A DNA stretch of 64,000 bases from Mobula hypostoma. Lineage: Eukaryota. The notes under the pieces were generated by a model. It worked only from the letters and a program-made list of their open reading frames with translations, searched no databases and was not told the DNA's origin. The stretch spans positions 110,238,001 through 110,302,000 of the forward strand of contig NC_086097.1 of assembly GCF_963921235.1 (NCBI RefSeq), read 5' to 3'. Shown here in pieces: positions 51,126 through 63,348 of the stretch. Each line of letters starts with the position of its first letter. Position 1 is the stretch's first letter. A program made the translations under genes and the position numbers.

Positions 51126-52099
51126 ACTTCCTGTTTAAATTCTGTTTACTTGTAAATGTCTCCTGATTCTGATGTGCCTAAGTGATTCATGCATCTTTGT
51201 TTTTATGTCAGGTTTTCCAAAATTTTCACCTAGTAGTTTAGTGCCTTCAAAGCCAATGTAAGAGAATCATATTTATTCGTGGCTTTGTTTATTCAGTGAC
51301 AGAATTCACAGCATCAGAAATAAAAGGCAATTTTAATTAAGGAAAAAGAACAAAGAAAGATGCAATTAAATATTTTGTTACATATTTAATAGATTGTTCC
51401 AGGCCACCTCCTCTCCTCAGGATCTCACAAACGGCAATATAAACTGACTTCAAAGACTGGCTACTTTTAATGATTTATTTTGGCCAGAAAGCTCTATCAT
51501 GTTTTAAGTAGTCTTTCTGCATCTATCAAAGCGAGCAGATAGAGAATTCCTTCATTTGAATTACCATGACATCTCCAAGTTAGAGAATTCCCTATGCCAC
51601 ACGGGTACTGGCACAGATTGTGTACTTAGGTCAGTGGGGTGGATATGATTTGGCATAACTTCCTGATTGAGGTGAGATCATGACCACAACAGCTGCAGCC
51701 ATTGCTATGTCATCTTTTTATTCTCTCTTCAATTAGAGCTTAATTAAAGTTGCTTAGCAAAGGAACAAAGCAGAGACATCAATTCATTTATAAATGATTG
51801 AAACAATGTTAACCCTCCTGGTTTTATATTTGCCTAGAGTATAAATTAAGAATAAAAAGGATAAATATGCAATTATTCATATTTATATTATGCTGTATAT
51901 ATTCAAGACTTAGAGTAGTGTTAAAGCAGCTTTGGAGTCCGCAATTGGTAAAAATTTAGCAGGAATGTAGGCTGGATTCTTCAAGCCACAATTGGCAGTA
52001 TACTTCTACAACTCATCGAATATCCTGGTTTGGGAAGGCTGACAAATCTCAAGCCAGTGCAAGATTTTGGCGGTACTTCACAACCCAGTTCAATTCAGA

Positions 52100-52335
52100 A
52101 TCAGACCTTGGTGGTCGGTGCAGACCTGCTAGGCCAAAGGACCTGTTTGCATAAGGTGTTTACATAGGCACATGAATGTGAGGAAGATGGAGGGATATGG
52201 ACATGGTGTCGGTACGAGCGATTAGTTATTGGGGGGTTTTGGTTTACTTTTCGGCTAGTTTGGCACAACATCGTGAACCAAAGGGCCTGTTCCTGTGCTG
52301 TACTGCTCTATGTTCTATGTTCTAAGACTATGATT
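52100..52335 (+). mobile_element. CR1 3' tail fragments
   Basis: GGGCCTGTTCCTGTGCTGTACTG..(TTCTATG)n. Confidence 0.7.
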
Positions 52336-52645
52336 CCAGAACAAGGAACTGAGAAATAGGTACATATATGTGACCTAAAACCCAACAAACACTGAAAGGA
52401 TTGTTTGAGATCCTTGCTTTAGTAGTTCTAGGTCATTAGTTATGGTGATAAGTATCAAGCTTTTCATGCCACTATGACTACTCTGTAATAAACAGATCCC
52501 AGTACTACCTCACAAATCAAAGATATTCACAGTTCACAACATAAGACATTACTGTATGTGTATTCGGGTTGTATTGTAATTACAAGAAGACTTTTTATCT
52601 AACCTTGATGAAACTCACTGGACATTCCAACACTGCTGCCTCTTT

Positions 52646-52821
52646 AAGTCAAGTCAAGTCAAGTCAAGTTTATTGTCATTTAACTATATACATGTATACC
52701 ACCAAACAAGACGTTTCTCTAGAACAGGGTGTAAAGCACGGTGGTACACATAACACAGGTGTAACACATGATAACCTAGAAAAGTAAGAAATAAATCTAC
52801 AAATGAGTTATGCACAGATAA
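52646..52821 (-). mobile_element. LINE 3' tail with (AAGTC)n repeat (Rex1-type)
   Basis: (AAGTC)4 followed by TTTATTGTC. Confidence 0.6.
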
Positions 52822-53199
52822 CACCGGGCAACAATTCTTTTCAGAAATGTTGCTTCCTCAGATTTTTTTTTGTTTATGATTGACCACTTGAGGCTGAACA
52901 CAAATATAATTTCAGACTATTTCTATCATTTAGGAATTTGGAGAAACAAGAAATTAGCTAAAAATATTTTATTGATCATTTTCATTTGTACTCAGTGTCT
53001 GAGGCTTCTCACTTAAGTGTCCAACAATAATCAGCCATTGATGGATTCAAGTTGCCCTGATACTATTTCTCCATGAACACAATAGACAATAGACAATAGG
53101 TGCAGGAGTAAGCCATTTGGCCCTTTGAGCCAGCACCACCATTCACTGTGATCATGGCTGATCATCCACTATCAGCATCCAGTTCCTGCCTTGTCCCCA

Positions 53200-56100
53200 T
53201 AACCTTTGATTCCACTATCTTTAAGAGCTCTATCTATCTCTTTCTTGAAAGCATCCAGAGACTTGGCCTCCACGGCCTTCTGGGGCAGAGCATTCCATAT
53301 ATCCACCACTCTCTGGGTGAAAAAGATTTCCTCAACTCCATTCTAAATGGCCTACCCCTAATTCTTAAACTGTGGCCTCTGGTTCTGGACTCACCCATCA
53401 GCAGGAACATGTTTCCTGCCTGCAGCGCGTCCAATCCCTTAATAATCTTATATATTTCAATAAGATCCCCTCTCAGCTTTCTAAATTCCAGAGTATACAA
53501 GCCCAGTCACTCCAATCTTTTGAAATATGACAGTCCCACCATCCCGGGATATAACCTTGTGAACCTACGCTGCACTCCCTCAATAGCAAGGATGTTCCTT
53601 CCTCAAATTTGGAGACCAAATCTGCACACAATACTCCAGGTGTGGTCTCACCAGGGCCCTGTACAGCCGCAGAAGGACCTCTTTGCTCTTATACTCAATT
53701 CCCCTTGTTATAAAAGCCAGCATGCCATTAGCTTTTTTCACTGCTGGCTGTACCTGCATGCTTCCTTTCAGTGACTGATGTACAAGAACACCTAGATCTC
53801 ATTGTGCTTCCCCTTTTCCTAACTTGACTCCATTTAGATAATAATCTGCCTTCCTGTTCTTACCACCAAAGTGGATAACCTCACATTTATCCACATTAAA
53901 CTGCATCTGCCATGCATCTGCCCACTCACCCAGCCTGTCCAAGTCACCCTGCATTCTCATAACATACTCCTCACAATTCACACTGCCTCCCAGCTTTATG
54001 TCATCGGCAAATTTGCTAATGTTACTTTTAATTCCCTCATCTAAATCATTAATATATATTGTAAACGCTGCAGTCCCAGCACTGAACCATGCAGTACCTC
54101 ACTGGTCACCGCCTGCCATTCCGAAAGGGACCTGTTAATTGCTACTCTTTGTTTTCTGTCAGCCAGCCAATTTTCAATCCATGTCAGTACTCTGCCCCCA
54201 ATACCATGTGTCCTAATTTTGCCCACTAATCTCCTATGTGGGACTTTATCAAAGGCTTTCTGAAAGTCCAGGTACACTACATCCACTGACTCTCCCTTGT
54301 CCATTTTCATAGTTACATCCTCAAAAAATTCCAGAAGATTAGTCAAGCACAATTTCCCCTTCATAAATCCATGCTGTCTCGGACCAATCCTGTTACTACT
54401 ATCCAGATGTGTCGTAATTCCAACTTTTATAATTGACTCCAGCATCTTTCCCACCACCGATGTCAGGCTAACCGGTCTATAATTCCCTGTTTTCTCTCTT
54501 CCTCCCTTCTTGAAGAGAGGGACAACATTAGCCACCCTCCAATCCACAGGAACTGATCCTGAATCTATAGAACATTGGAAAATGATTACCAATGCATCCA
54601 CGATTTCTAAAGCCACCTCCTTAAGTACCCTGGGATGCAGACCATCAGGTCCCGGAGACTTATCAGCCTTCAGACCCAACAGCCTATCCATCAACAATTC
54701 CTGCCTAATATAAATTTCCTTCAATTCATCCATTACCCTAGGTCTTTTGGCCACTAATACATAGAAACATAGAAACATAGAAAGTAGGTGCAGGAGTAGG
54801 CCATTTGGCCCTTCGAGCCTGCACCGCCATTTATTATGATCATGGCTGATCATCCAACTCAGAACCCCGCCCCAGCCTTCCCTCCATACCCCCTGACCCC
54901 CGTAGCCACAAGGGCCATATCTAACTCCCTCTTAAATATAGCCAATGAACTGGCCTCAACTGTTTCCTGTGGCAGAGAAGACAGATCCAAAGTACCAGTT
55001 CAACTCGTCTGCCATTTCCTTTTCCCCCATGAGAAATTCACCTGCTTCTGTCTTCAAGGGCCCAATTTTGGTCTTAACTATTTTTTTCCTTTTCACATAC
55101 CTAAGGAAGCTTTTACTATCCTCCTTTATATTCTTGGCTAGTTTACCCTTGTACCTCATTTTTTCTCCGCGTATTGCCTTTTTAGTTACCTTCTGTTGCT
55201 CTTTAAAAGTTTCCCAATCCTCCGGCTTCCCACTCGTCTTTGCTATGTTATACTTCTTCTCTTTTATTTTTATGCTGTCCATTACTTCCCTTGTCAGCCA
55301 TGGCCTCCCCTTACTCCCTTTAGGATCTTTCTTCCTCTTTGGAATGAACTGATCCTGCACCTTCCGCATTATTCCCAGAAACACTTGCCATTGTTGTTCC
55401 ACTGTCATCCCCGCTAGGGTATTGCTCCATTGAACTTTGGCCAGCTCCTCTCTCATAGCACCATAGTTCCCTTTGTTCAACTGTAATACTGACTCTTCCG
55501 AGTTTCCCTTCTCCCTCTCAAATTGTAGATTAAAACTTATCATATTATGGTCATTACCTCCTAATGGCTCCTTTACCTCAAGGTCCCTGATCAAATCCTG
55601 TTCATTGCACAACACTAAATCTAGAATTGCGTTCTCTCTGGTAAGCTCCAGTACAAGCTGTTCCAAGAATCCATCTCGGAGGGACTCCACAAACTCCCTT
55701 TCTTGGGGCCCAGCACCAACCTGATTCTTCCAGTCTACCTGCATGTTGAAGTCCCCCATAACAACTGTAGCATTACCCTTGCGACATGCCAACTTTAACT
55801 CTTAATTCAACTTACACCCTACATCCAGACTACTGTTTGGGGGCCTGTAGATAACTCCCATTAGGGTCTTTCTACCCTTAGAATTTCTCAGTTCTATCCA
55901 TACTGACTCTACATCTCCGGATTCTATGTCCCCCCTCGCAAGGGACTGAATATCATTCTTCACCAACAGAGCCACCCCACCCCCTCTGTCCATCAGTCTG
56001 TCCTTTCGACAGGACGTGTATCCTTGAATATTCACTTCCCAGACCCTGTCCACTTGAAGCCATGTCTCTGTTATTCCCACAACATCATACTTACCAATTT

Positions 56101-56359
56101 CCAACTGTGCCTCAAGCTCATCCACTTTATTTCTTATACTCCGTGCATTCATATGCAATACTTTTAATTCATTACTCCCCTCACCTCCCATACCAATTCC
56201 TATTTCACTTGGCCATACTGTACAATCCCTTCTTGAGCTTTCTGCTCTGTTGATTCCGCTGTCATTCTTAACTTTTCTTATTCTCACTTTCCCTTTATCT
56301 CCATCCTTATATTTCCAGTTCGTCCCCTCCCCCCCACAACTTAGTTTGAACACACCCAT
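53200..56359 (-). pseudogene. CR1 ORF2 (APE endonuclease and RT), disrupted
   Basis: MNARSIRNK..GITETWL..GGGVAL..IYRPP, MGDFN, LDLVL..GNDH, NYRPVSLTSVVGK, LDFQKAFDKVPH. Confidence 0.92.
54758..54977 (-). mobile_element. Short young HER1 3' fragment nested in the full-length CR1
   Basis: Near-identical to 27033-27236; (CATAGAAA)n on plus. Confidence 0.88.
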
Positions 56360-57344
56360 GTTGCAGAGGCAAACCTGCCTGCCAGAATGCTGGTGCCCCG
56401 CTTACTAAGGTGCAACCCATTCCTTTTGTACAATTCATCCTTACCCCAAAACATACCCCAGTGGTCCAAGAATGTAAATCCTTGCTTGCTGCACCAGTTC
56501 CTCAGCCACACATTCAGATCCATTATCTCCCTATTCTTGACCACTCCTGCACAGGGAACTGGAAGCAAACCGGAGATAACCACCCTGGAATTCCTGCTTT
56601 TCAGCCTTCTTCCGAGTTCTCTGAAGTCGCGCTGTAGAACGTCTTTCCTTTTCTTCCCCACGTCATTTGTGCCGACATGCACCACCACTTCCGGATGTTC
56701 ACCTTCACCCTTGAGGATTCCCTGCAATCAGTCCGTGATTTCCTGGATCCCGGCACCAGGGAGGCAGCACACCATCCTTAAATCCCACCTGTTGCCGCAG
56801 AAACCCCTTTCTGTACCTCTCACTATGCAGTCCACTACTACCATGGCTCTGCCTGACGTCTGTCTCCTCGGGTTTGCCTCAGCGCCAATTGTTGACTTGC
56901 AGACCCGTCCGCCTCTCAGACTGGCACTGAATCTGTCCCGACAACTTCCAAGAGGGAGAACCTGTTTACAAGAGGCACATCTCCTGGGGTCTCCTGTACT
57001 TCAAGCATCCTTTCCTTGCTCATCGCCATCCCCCTACTCTCTTCCTGTATCCTGGGTGTAACGACCTCACTGTAGGTCCTGTCCAGAAAACTCTCATTCT
57101 TCCGGATTAACCTAACATCATCCAGTTGTCTCTCCAGTGCTGCAACACGGTCCTTCAGAAGCTGAATCTGGACACATTTTCCACAGGTGTAGGACCCTGA
57201 GGCACCATCAGTGTCCCTGACCTCCCACATCATGCACGCAGTACACTGGATCAGCCCAACGGTCATCTCTTCTCCACTTCTCACCCTCTCCGACTGTGGT
57301 GTAGTCTCTTCCCTCAGCCTCCTCGCTGAAGACTCGTGAGCCAA
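56341..57344 (-). pseudogene. CR1 ORF1 (zinc finger/leucine zipper and SGNH esterase domain)
   Basis: CTACMMW..CGKC..LLKDRVAALERQL; VVVHVGTNDVG..VVISGLLP..GLHL. Confidence 0.88.
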
Positions 57345-58469
57345 AGACTCGCACTTTTCTCACAAGGCACTTCCCTCGACAAGGCCGCTCCCCTAGAGCG
57401 AGCCTTGCTTATATTAGCTGATAATTTCAGTAATCAGCTTCACCTACCTCGCCTCCTCCGACCTAGAAGGTCTGGTTAGCTCGCTGCTCACGACCGGCTT
57501 TTTAAATCAGCCGCTCCTTCTCAGCCAATCCCCGCACTCGCTCCTTCACCTGCCTCACCTCCTCCAACCTCGAAGGAACACAAGGCCCTGGTGAAACCTT
57601 TCACATGCTCGACATTGACAGCGCCAAAATTTGCGGGGAAAAAGTCTAAATGGGAATGCAGAAAATTAATCTTTAGTGATGTGCTACACTTCATGGGTTT
57701 GATTGCTTGAGGCATGATTGTCAACCAGCTGCCATGTAGTCTGGTGCTCTGTATTGGCGAAGAAAATTTTCAACAACATCCTTGCATGCCTTCAATGTGA
57801 TTTTCTTCAGTCCCACTAGACACTGTTTGAATTGCCTGACCTGTTTGATTTGTCTTCCTTAATTTTGGATTTGAATTATGAATTGAAATAACAAATATAG
57901 GCATTTTTTTAAATGGCGTGTGATAGGGAAATTTCATGGTGATTTTCATGATCAGCAGCCAATTTCCATGAAATCCACCAAAAATTATTCAGGAAGCAAA
58001 ATCCTTGTTGTCCAGTGTAATAGGGTATAGTGGATTAATAAACAAAACAAATATATGACACTCACATTACATGTACAGTAACTGTACCACTCTTAAAGGA
58101 ACTGGAATTACGTCCCCAGTAACAAATGCTGCATTCAGTCATTTACCTACCATGTTGGTAGGAACACATAATTTTACCTAAAGTAGACTGAAGTGAACAG
58201 ATTGTTATGAGGCACAATTAAACAGTCAAAGCAGCTGGCAGGTTTCTGATTGAAAATACGTGAATATAATGTTGTACCAGGTAATTAAAAAAAACTCACT
58301 AGGTTTCAACATTCGATCAATATCCTGGCAGCAATGGATCACTGAGTGCTGATAGTTACTCGTCCTTAGATATCATTGACTGGGCTCGATGTTGCTCCTC
58401 ATTCAACTCAATAGTAGGCAGCCATTTATGGTCATTGATGCACCATAATATTATACGTTCACAGACTAC

Positions 58470-58985
58470 TACACCTAAAGAGGAAGCCCTTTGGTCCAGT
58501 GAATCTGCACTGGCTATTGAGTCCAGTTAGTCTCGATCTGCTGACTCCCATATCCACATTTTTCTCCATTCAGTATTTATTCAATATTTTTACAATGGTT
58601 CCTATTAAATCTTACCTCCCATCCCATCAAGGGTAATTCATTCCAACTCTTGTAATAAGGTTTCTTATTTTCTTATATCGCCTCTGCTTTTCCTAGCCAC
58701 CTTCAATCCATGCCCTCCATTTATTTGCACTTCAACTAGTAGAAAACACTTCTTCTTATTTATGCTGAAACTTCTTCCAGGCGTTTTTGCACTAAAGGAA
58801 GCAATGCCAACTTGCTTATAATGAATTATCCTTATTCTCAGAAACTTTCCATTAAAAGCTCTACAGTCTCTTAAAATCTTCCACAACTTTGCTAAAATGT
58901 GGCTCCCAAAACTGGACAGAGGTTTAGCATAACTTTGGCATTAGAGTCAGTACAGAAACAAGCCTTTTGTCACACTGTGTCTATT
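58470..58985 (-). mobile_element. Highly decayed CR1 3' region
   Basis: GHGLKV..RGDIRK and VQFWEP remnants. Confidence 0.55.
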
Positions 58986-59346
58986 CCAACCATCGAGTAC
59001 CAAATTCCACCTGATTTGCCCTTTTATACACTGACTAGTGTATATTCAAAGCATTAGAGTCAGTAAGTTCAGATGCATAGGGCTAAGGTTGGGAGTTCAA
59101 GCCTGAGTTCCAAAGTGGGGACTCATACCAGGAATGGACTGCACAGATCAGAGAGTTACACTGAGCAGGACTGAAGTCAGCTGTGTAGGTCTAAGCTAGG
59201 CCCACAGGCCAAGAGAACAGATCAGCTCAAATGCATGGTCCTGAGGTCAAGTGCACAGTCCTACGTTTAGAAACGTACAGTGTTTGATCTCACAGCCCTG
59301 GCTCAGCTGCCAGACCCAAAGGACAGGTCGTAGTAGGAGCTGAGAC

Positions 59347-59510
59347 TCAAACAAGAAAAAGTCTGCAGATGCTGAAAGTCAAAGCAACACACGAAAAGGC
59401 TGGAGGAGATCAGCAGGCCAGGCAACATCTATGGAAAAGAGTAAACAGTCAACATTTCCAGCTGAGACCCTTCATCGGGAGCTGAGATCCAAGTTAATGT
59501 GTTGCTCTGA
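59347..59510 (-). mobile_element. Penelope terminal-repeat fragment with hammerhead remnant
   Basis: Minus strand CCGATGA-AGGGTCTCAGCTG-GAAA-TGTTGACTG; short inverted piece TGTGTTGC. Confidence 0.75.
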
Positions 59511-59776
59511 GGTCGTGTGCACAAGTTTGACATCTGCTGCACAGGCCTGAAGTCAGATGTGTAGTCCTGGAGCTTGGAACATGTAGACCCAAGGCTAGTT
59601 ATGCCCACATGAAGTCCAGTCCACAGGTGAGCTGTCCAAGGTCTTACTTTGGTCAAGCACACCAACCTCTGGTTACATACACAACCGGAGTTCATGCCCT
59701 GTACATGCCAGGCTTCCATTGTACAGGTCCACACTCTTGAGGTCGGACAAACAGGCAGTGAGGTTGCGTATGCTCC

Positions 59777-60376
59777 TGAAACACTCTGGTTTCCCCAGCT
59801 GCGTAAGACAATCTCCAGCCCCACCAAACGTGTGAGATTGCGGTGCAGCCCCTCCCAAACCCCTTGTTTGTGTGGATGCTGTGTAATTCGCTACCCTGTT
59901 ACAAATTAGTGCCATGAAATAACAGACAGTACACTCATACAATTAAAGGAATTATATTTATGAATCTTAACTAAAGGGTTAGTAAAGAATAACAAAAAGG
60001 GCCCATTCTTATTATACATTCAAATGTGCACAAGCTGGAGCTCATCGTGAACTTCTCTGTCACTCATGCACTGGGCCCTCAATCAACGTGAAAGCTCACA
60101 CCACCTTCCGATCGTCACTCGCAATCCATCTCGGACAAGCGGGTCTCCCATCGGATCGTATGCTATAACAGGTTGTCCCCAGTGGCTTCTCTCAGACAAA
60201 AGTCCAAGGCCAACCTTATTGTCCCTCACCAAGAAAAACCTCCTGCTAATTGGATGGCACAAATTCCACATCATCTCTCATCTTCAACAATACCCAAACA
60301 AGCAGCTCGCACAGAACAGCACAAAATGCAATACATACAGCAAAACAGTATAAAAAATATGAACCAGGGCATTACA
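59777..60376 (-). mobile_element. Solo LTR, 600 bp
   Basis: TG..CA termini with imperfect inverted repeat TGAAACACTCTGGTT / AACCAGGGCATTACA; TSD CTCC at 59773-59776 / 60377-60380. Confidence 0.8.
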
Positions 60377-60654
60377 CTCCCTTAAGTTAGGTTTATAAGT
60401 GCCAAGGTTCCATTGCACAAACCTGAATCAAGTGTACAAAGCTCAGCTTGGATGCATAGATCTTAGTTGATACAAGGCATCAGGAGAGCTCCACAGGTGA
60501 AATATGAGATGTATATGTGAAATCGACCGCACAGAGCTCAGTTCCACTGACATGACTGAGGTCTCGTTCAATTTCTCTTTGCTCAAGTGCACAGGCCTGA
60601 GTTTGAGACTGCACTGAGCAGTCATATCATTCCTATAGGGTGGTGAAGTAGAGT

Positions 60655-60995
60655 AGAGAGGGGACTCGATAGGAGCCTTAGATGGACTGTTTTATTTATA
60701 AATAGAGGCTACAGAGATGGTGTTTGTTTTCCATAGAGCAGAGAAGGTTCCGGGGGGGCGGGGGGTGTATTAAAGATATATGAAAAGTTATATAGAAATT
60801 AGATAGGTGGATGTAGAAAGCTTTTTCCCCTGGCAGGGTCTCTCAAAACAAGAAGGCTTGTGTTTACTATAAAGGATAAGAAGCTTAGAACAGATTTGAA
60901 GAAGAACATCACCCAAGGGTGATAGGAAACTGAAATCTACTGCCTGAGTGGGTGGTGGAGAAACACCTAGATAAGTATTTGAACCCTTATGTTCC
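60655..60995 (+). mobile_element. Decayed CR1 3' region
   Basis: LFSIEQRR..DVESFFP..SKTR remnants. Confidence 0.55.
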
Positions 60996-61439
60996 CTGCA
61001 AGCTTACCGTCATACTATATTGCCCCTTCTTCATCAACCCCTTTGTTCTTCTGCTACCTTTTCTAGTATTTTTGTATTCCTCCTCCTTGGGTCTAACACT
61101 TACACTAAATTATTTTTAAATTCATGGTTTATTTTTATTTTACATCAGGAATTAACGATTGTTACAATTCATCCAGTCAGCAGACTGAAGGGAAAAGTTG
61201 AAAAAGACAACTTAACTGATGTTTGCTCCCAATATGCCTTGCGAACAAAGTCTACCATATAAAATGGAGGCAAATTGTAATGGACTGGCCATTTCAAGAA
61301 GGATTGTTTTGAGAAGGGGGCTCTGACAGGGAAGCTGAAAGTTCCCTAATTCAGGGTAGGGTCTTTCCTTTTCCCTTTTTCTTTGAGCCTGTATCCCTGA
61401 CAACTAGTTGTACGAGAAGTGTGCCTCACTCTCTGATTG

Positions 61440-63348
61440 CATGGGTCAGTTGAATCAGAACTCACCAAGGAGCATATAGGAGACTTTATATATAGGAGTC
61501 AGAGAGAATTGTCACCCCACAAGTTCAGTCAGATAAATGGGTGATTGCCAGGAAGGGAAAGCAGCTACGGCTATTCCACTCTCTAACATGTACATCACGA
61601 TAGATGTCGTTGGTAGGCAGGGGATGGTGGTAATGAGAATGCAACAGCAGCAACTGGGTCAGTAGTACCAATGTTTCCTGTACAGCAGGAAACATTGAAA
61701 TGTAGTGAGAGGGGCACAGGTCAGTGCTTCTGTGGCCACAGGCGGTACTCCAAGATGGTGCGTTGCTTCACTAGTGCCAGGATCAAAGTTGACTCTGAGA
61801 AGACACAGGACATTCTGAAAGAGAGCAGCCAGAGGCCAGGGTCAATGGTGGTATGAATGACATAGGCAGCAAAAGAGATAAGGTCCTGCAAATGGAATTC
61901 ACAGAAAGTTAGGTAGAAAGTTAAAAAGCAGGTCTTCTATGGTTGTGATCTCAAAAGGGGGTGTATGGGGTGTCAGGGAGGGGTAGCACCTCTGTTGGGG
62001 GAACATGTCGCGTCCTTTTCAAGGCAGTTAGTCCACCCTTGGTCCCCACCTGGCACTCAGCTCTCACCTGTGGCTCCTCGTAGCTATTTGCATGCGACGG
62101 CTTCGACAAGCCGGCTAAACCAGGTGAGGGTAGCCAACAGGTCTCAAACCCTCGGTGAGATAGGGAGTTGTCTATCCCAGCATGTGAAGACAAACTCCGG
62201 CAGATTGAGCGGACGAGACCAAGGGAAGTTCCGACGTTTAAGAAGGCGGTCTCTGAAAGTGTCGTGGAACGTGTAGAGCATGACAAGACACAGAAGACAT
62301 CCTAGTCATCCACTGCGCCTAGTCCCATCTCCAGCTGTCTAGACTCTTGTCTTGCCACTGGATCCAGATGGAAATTGGGAAGAGAGAGTGAGACTGACAC
62401 TGCACAGCTCTCCCTCACTTAAATCCAAATCAAGCGCTAGTCTCGACATCATCATAATAAGCCGGCTGGGCATAGTGGCATCAGTGCTGGACTTCCAGGC
62501 GAAAGGTCTCGAGTTTGAATCCGGCCGGATCCCATGCACGCTGTCCATCCGTGCTGGGTTGAGCGTCGAGCTAGCAACTCAACCTCGTAAAAAGTACTAA
62601 TGGTGTCGAGGTCTTCATTGATGATGATGGAGGAACCTTATCTCAAAAAGGCAAGACACAGGAAAAGTTTTTATTAAATACCTGGTTCATTAGGATCAAT
62701 TTAAAGTAGGTATGACTTATACACGTAGGATGGGTTGCACATTATCCTTACAGAGCAGTTTTCTTGTGTTACTCAGGAGGCTTTAAACTGTTGTGGCATG
62801 ACATTAGGAACTAATTCAGTAATTCGGCAGGTGGAGATACTGAGAAGGGAGAGTTCAGTCAAGTAAGTCTAATAGCAATAACTAGCATGTCCAAGTTAGT
62901 GAGAAAAACAGCACTCTCGAACCAAAGTATTTTTATTTTCATCACAGATAAGGCACATGATCTGGGATTCCCTTAGATGCAGCAAAGGTTGTCAGGTGCA
63001 TCCAGAGAGTTTCGTGAAATAATATGTAGATAGTCCAACAACGGATGATGACACACTCAACCTTATATTGAGAAATGATCCTGGTTAGCTGATCAAAGGA
63101 TCAGTGGAGGAGCAATTTCATACAGCACTCGTGGTTCCATAGATCATTATGGACAAGACTGATCCTCCAGTGAAAATGCAAAATTGGAGGAGATGAGGAA
63201 AATAGATTTGTATAAGTTGTTTGAGGGTATATCCACACCTGACATTTAAATGCCAGCTGATCAGAGTTCAAGGCCAGCATGTTTTTGTGAAGGTGAAACA
63301 TAGGCATGACAAGGTATGGAAAACTTGACTGACAAGAGATTCTGTAAA
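61440..63348 (+). mobile_element. Highly decayed CR1 ORF1/endonuclease region, interrupted at 61957-62639
   Basis: Esterase remnants NDIG..RDKVL..GRKLKSR..VVIS; later QYVDSPTTDD..LNLIL.N.PG. Confidence 0.55.
61957..62639 (+). mobile_element. Composite non-autonomous retroelement: structured 5' part and tRNA-like SINE with (GAT)n tail
   Basis: TSD ATCTCAAAA at 61948-61956 / 62640-62648; A-box-like TGGGCATAGTGG and B-box-like GAGTTTGAATCC at 62468-62522; GATGATGATG near the end. Confidence 0.7.

Larger units (their letters stand above)
53083..57575 (-). mobile_element. Full-length CR1/HER1-type LINE (5' UTR, ORF1, ORF2, tail)
   Basis: TSD GAACACAA at 53075-53082 / 57576-57583; ORF1, APE endonuclease and RT in order; (CTATTGT)n tail. 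Confidence 0.95.
52822..58017 (-). mobile_element. Chapaev3-type (CMC) non-autonomous DNA transposon, about 0.7 kb, split by a full-length CR1 (parts 52822-53082, 57584-58017)
   Basis: TIRs CACCGGGCAACAA / CACTGGACAACAA; TAA TSD both sides; transposase remnants SLKINFLHSHLDFFPANFGAV..EH..FHQ and MEK*YQGN..ADYCWTLK. Confidence 0.85.

Noticed and set aside
53148..57061. Plus-strand ORFs (208, 135 and 224 aa)
   Set aside because: Antisense shadows of CR1 ORF1/ORF2
62462..62535. tRNA gene
   Set aside because: tRNA-like boxes only; embedded in a TSD-flanked retroelement with a simple-repeat tail
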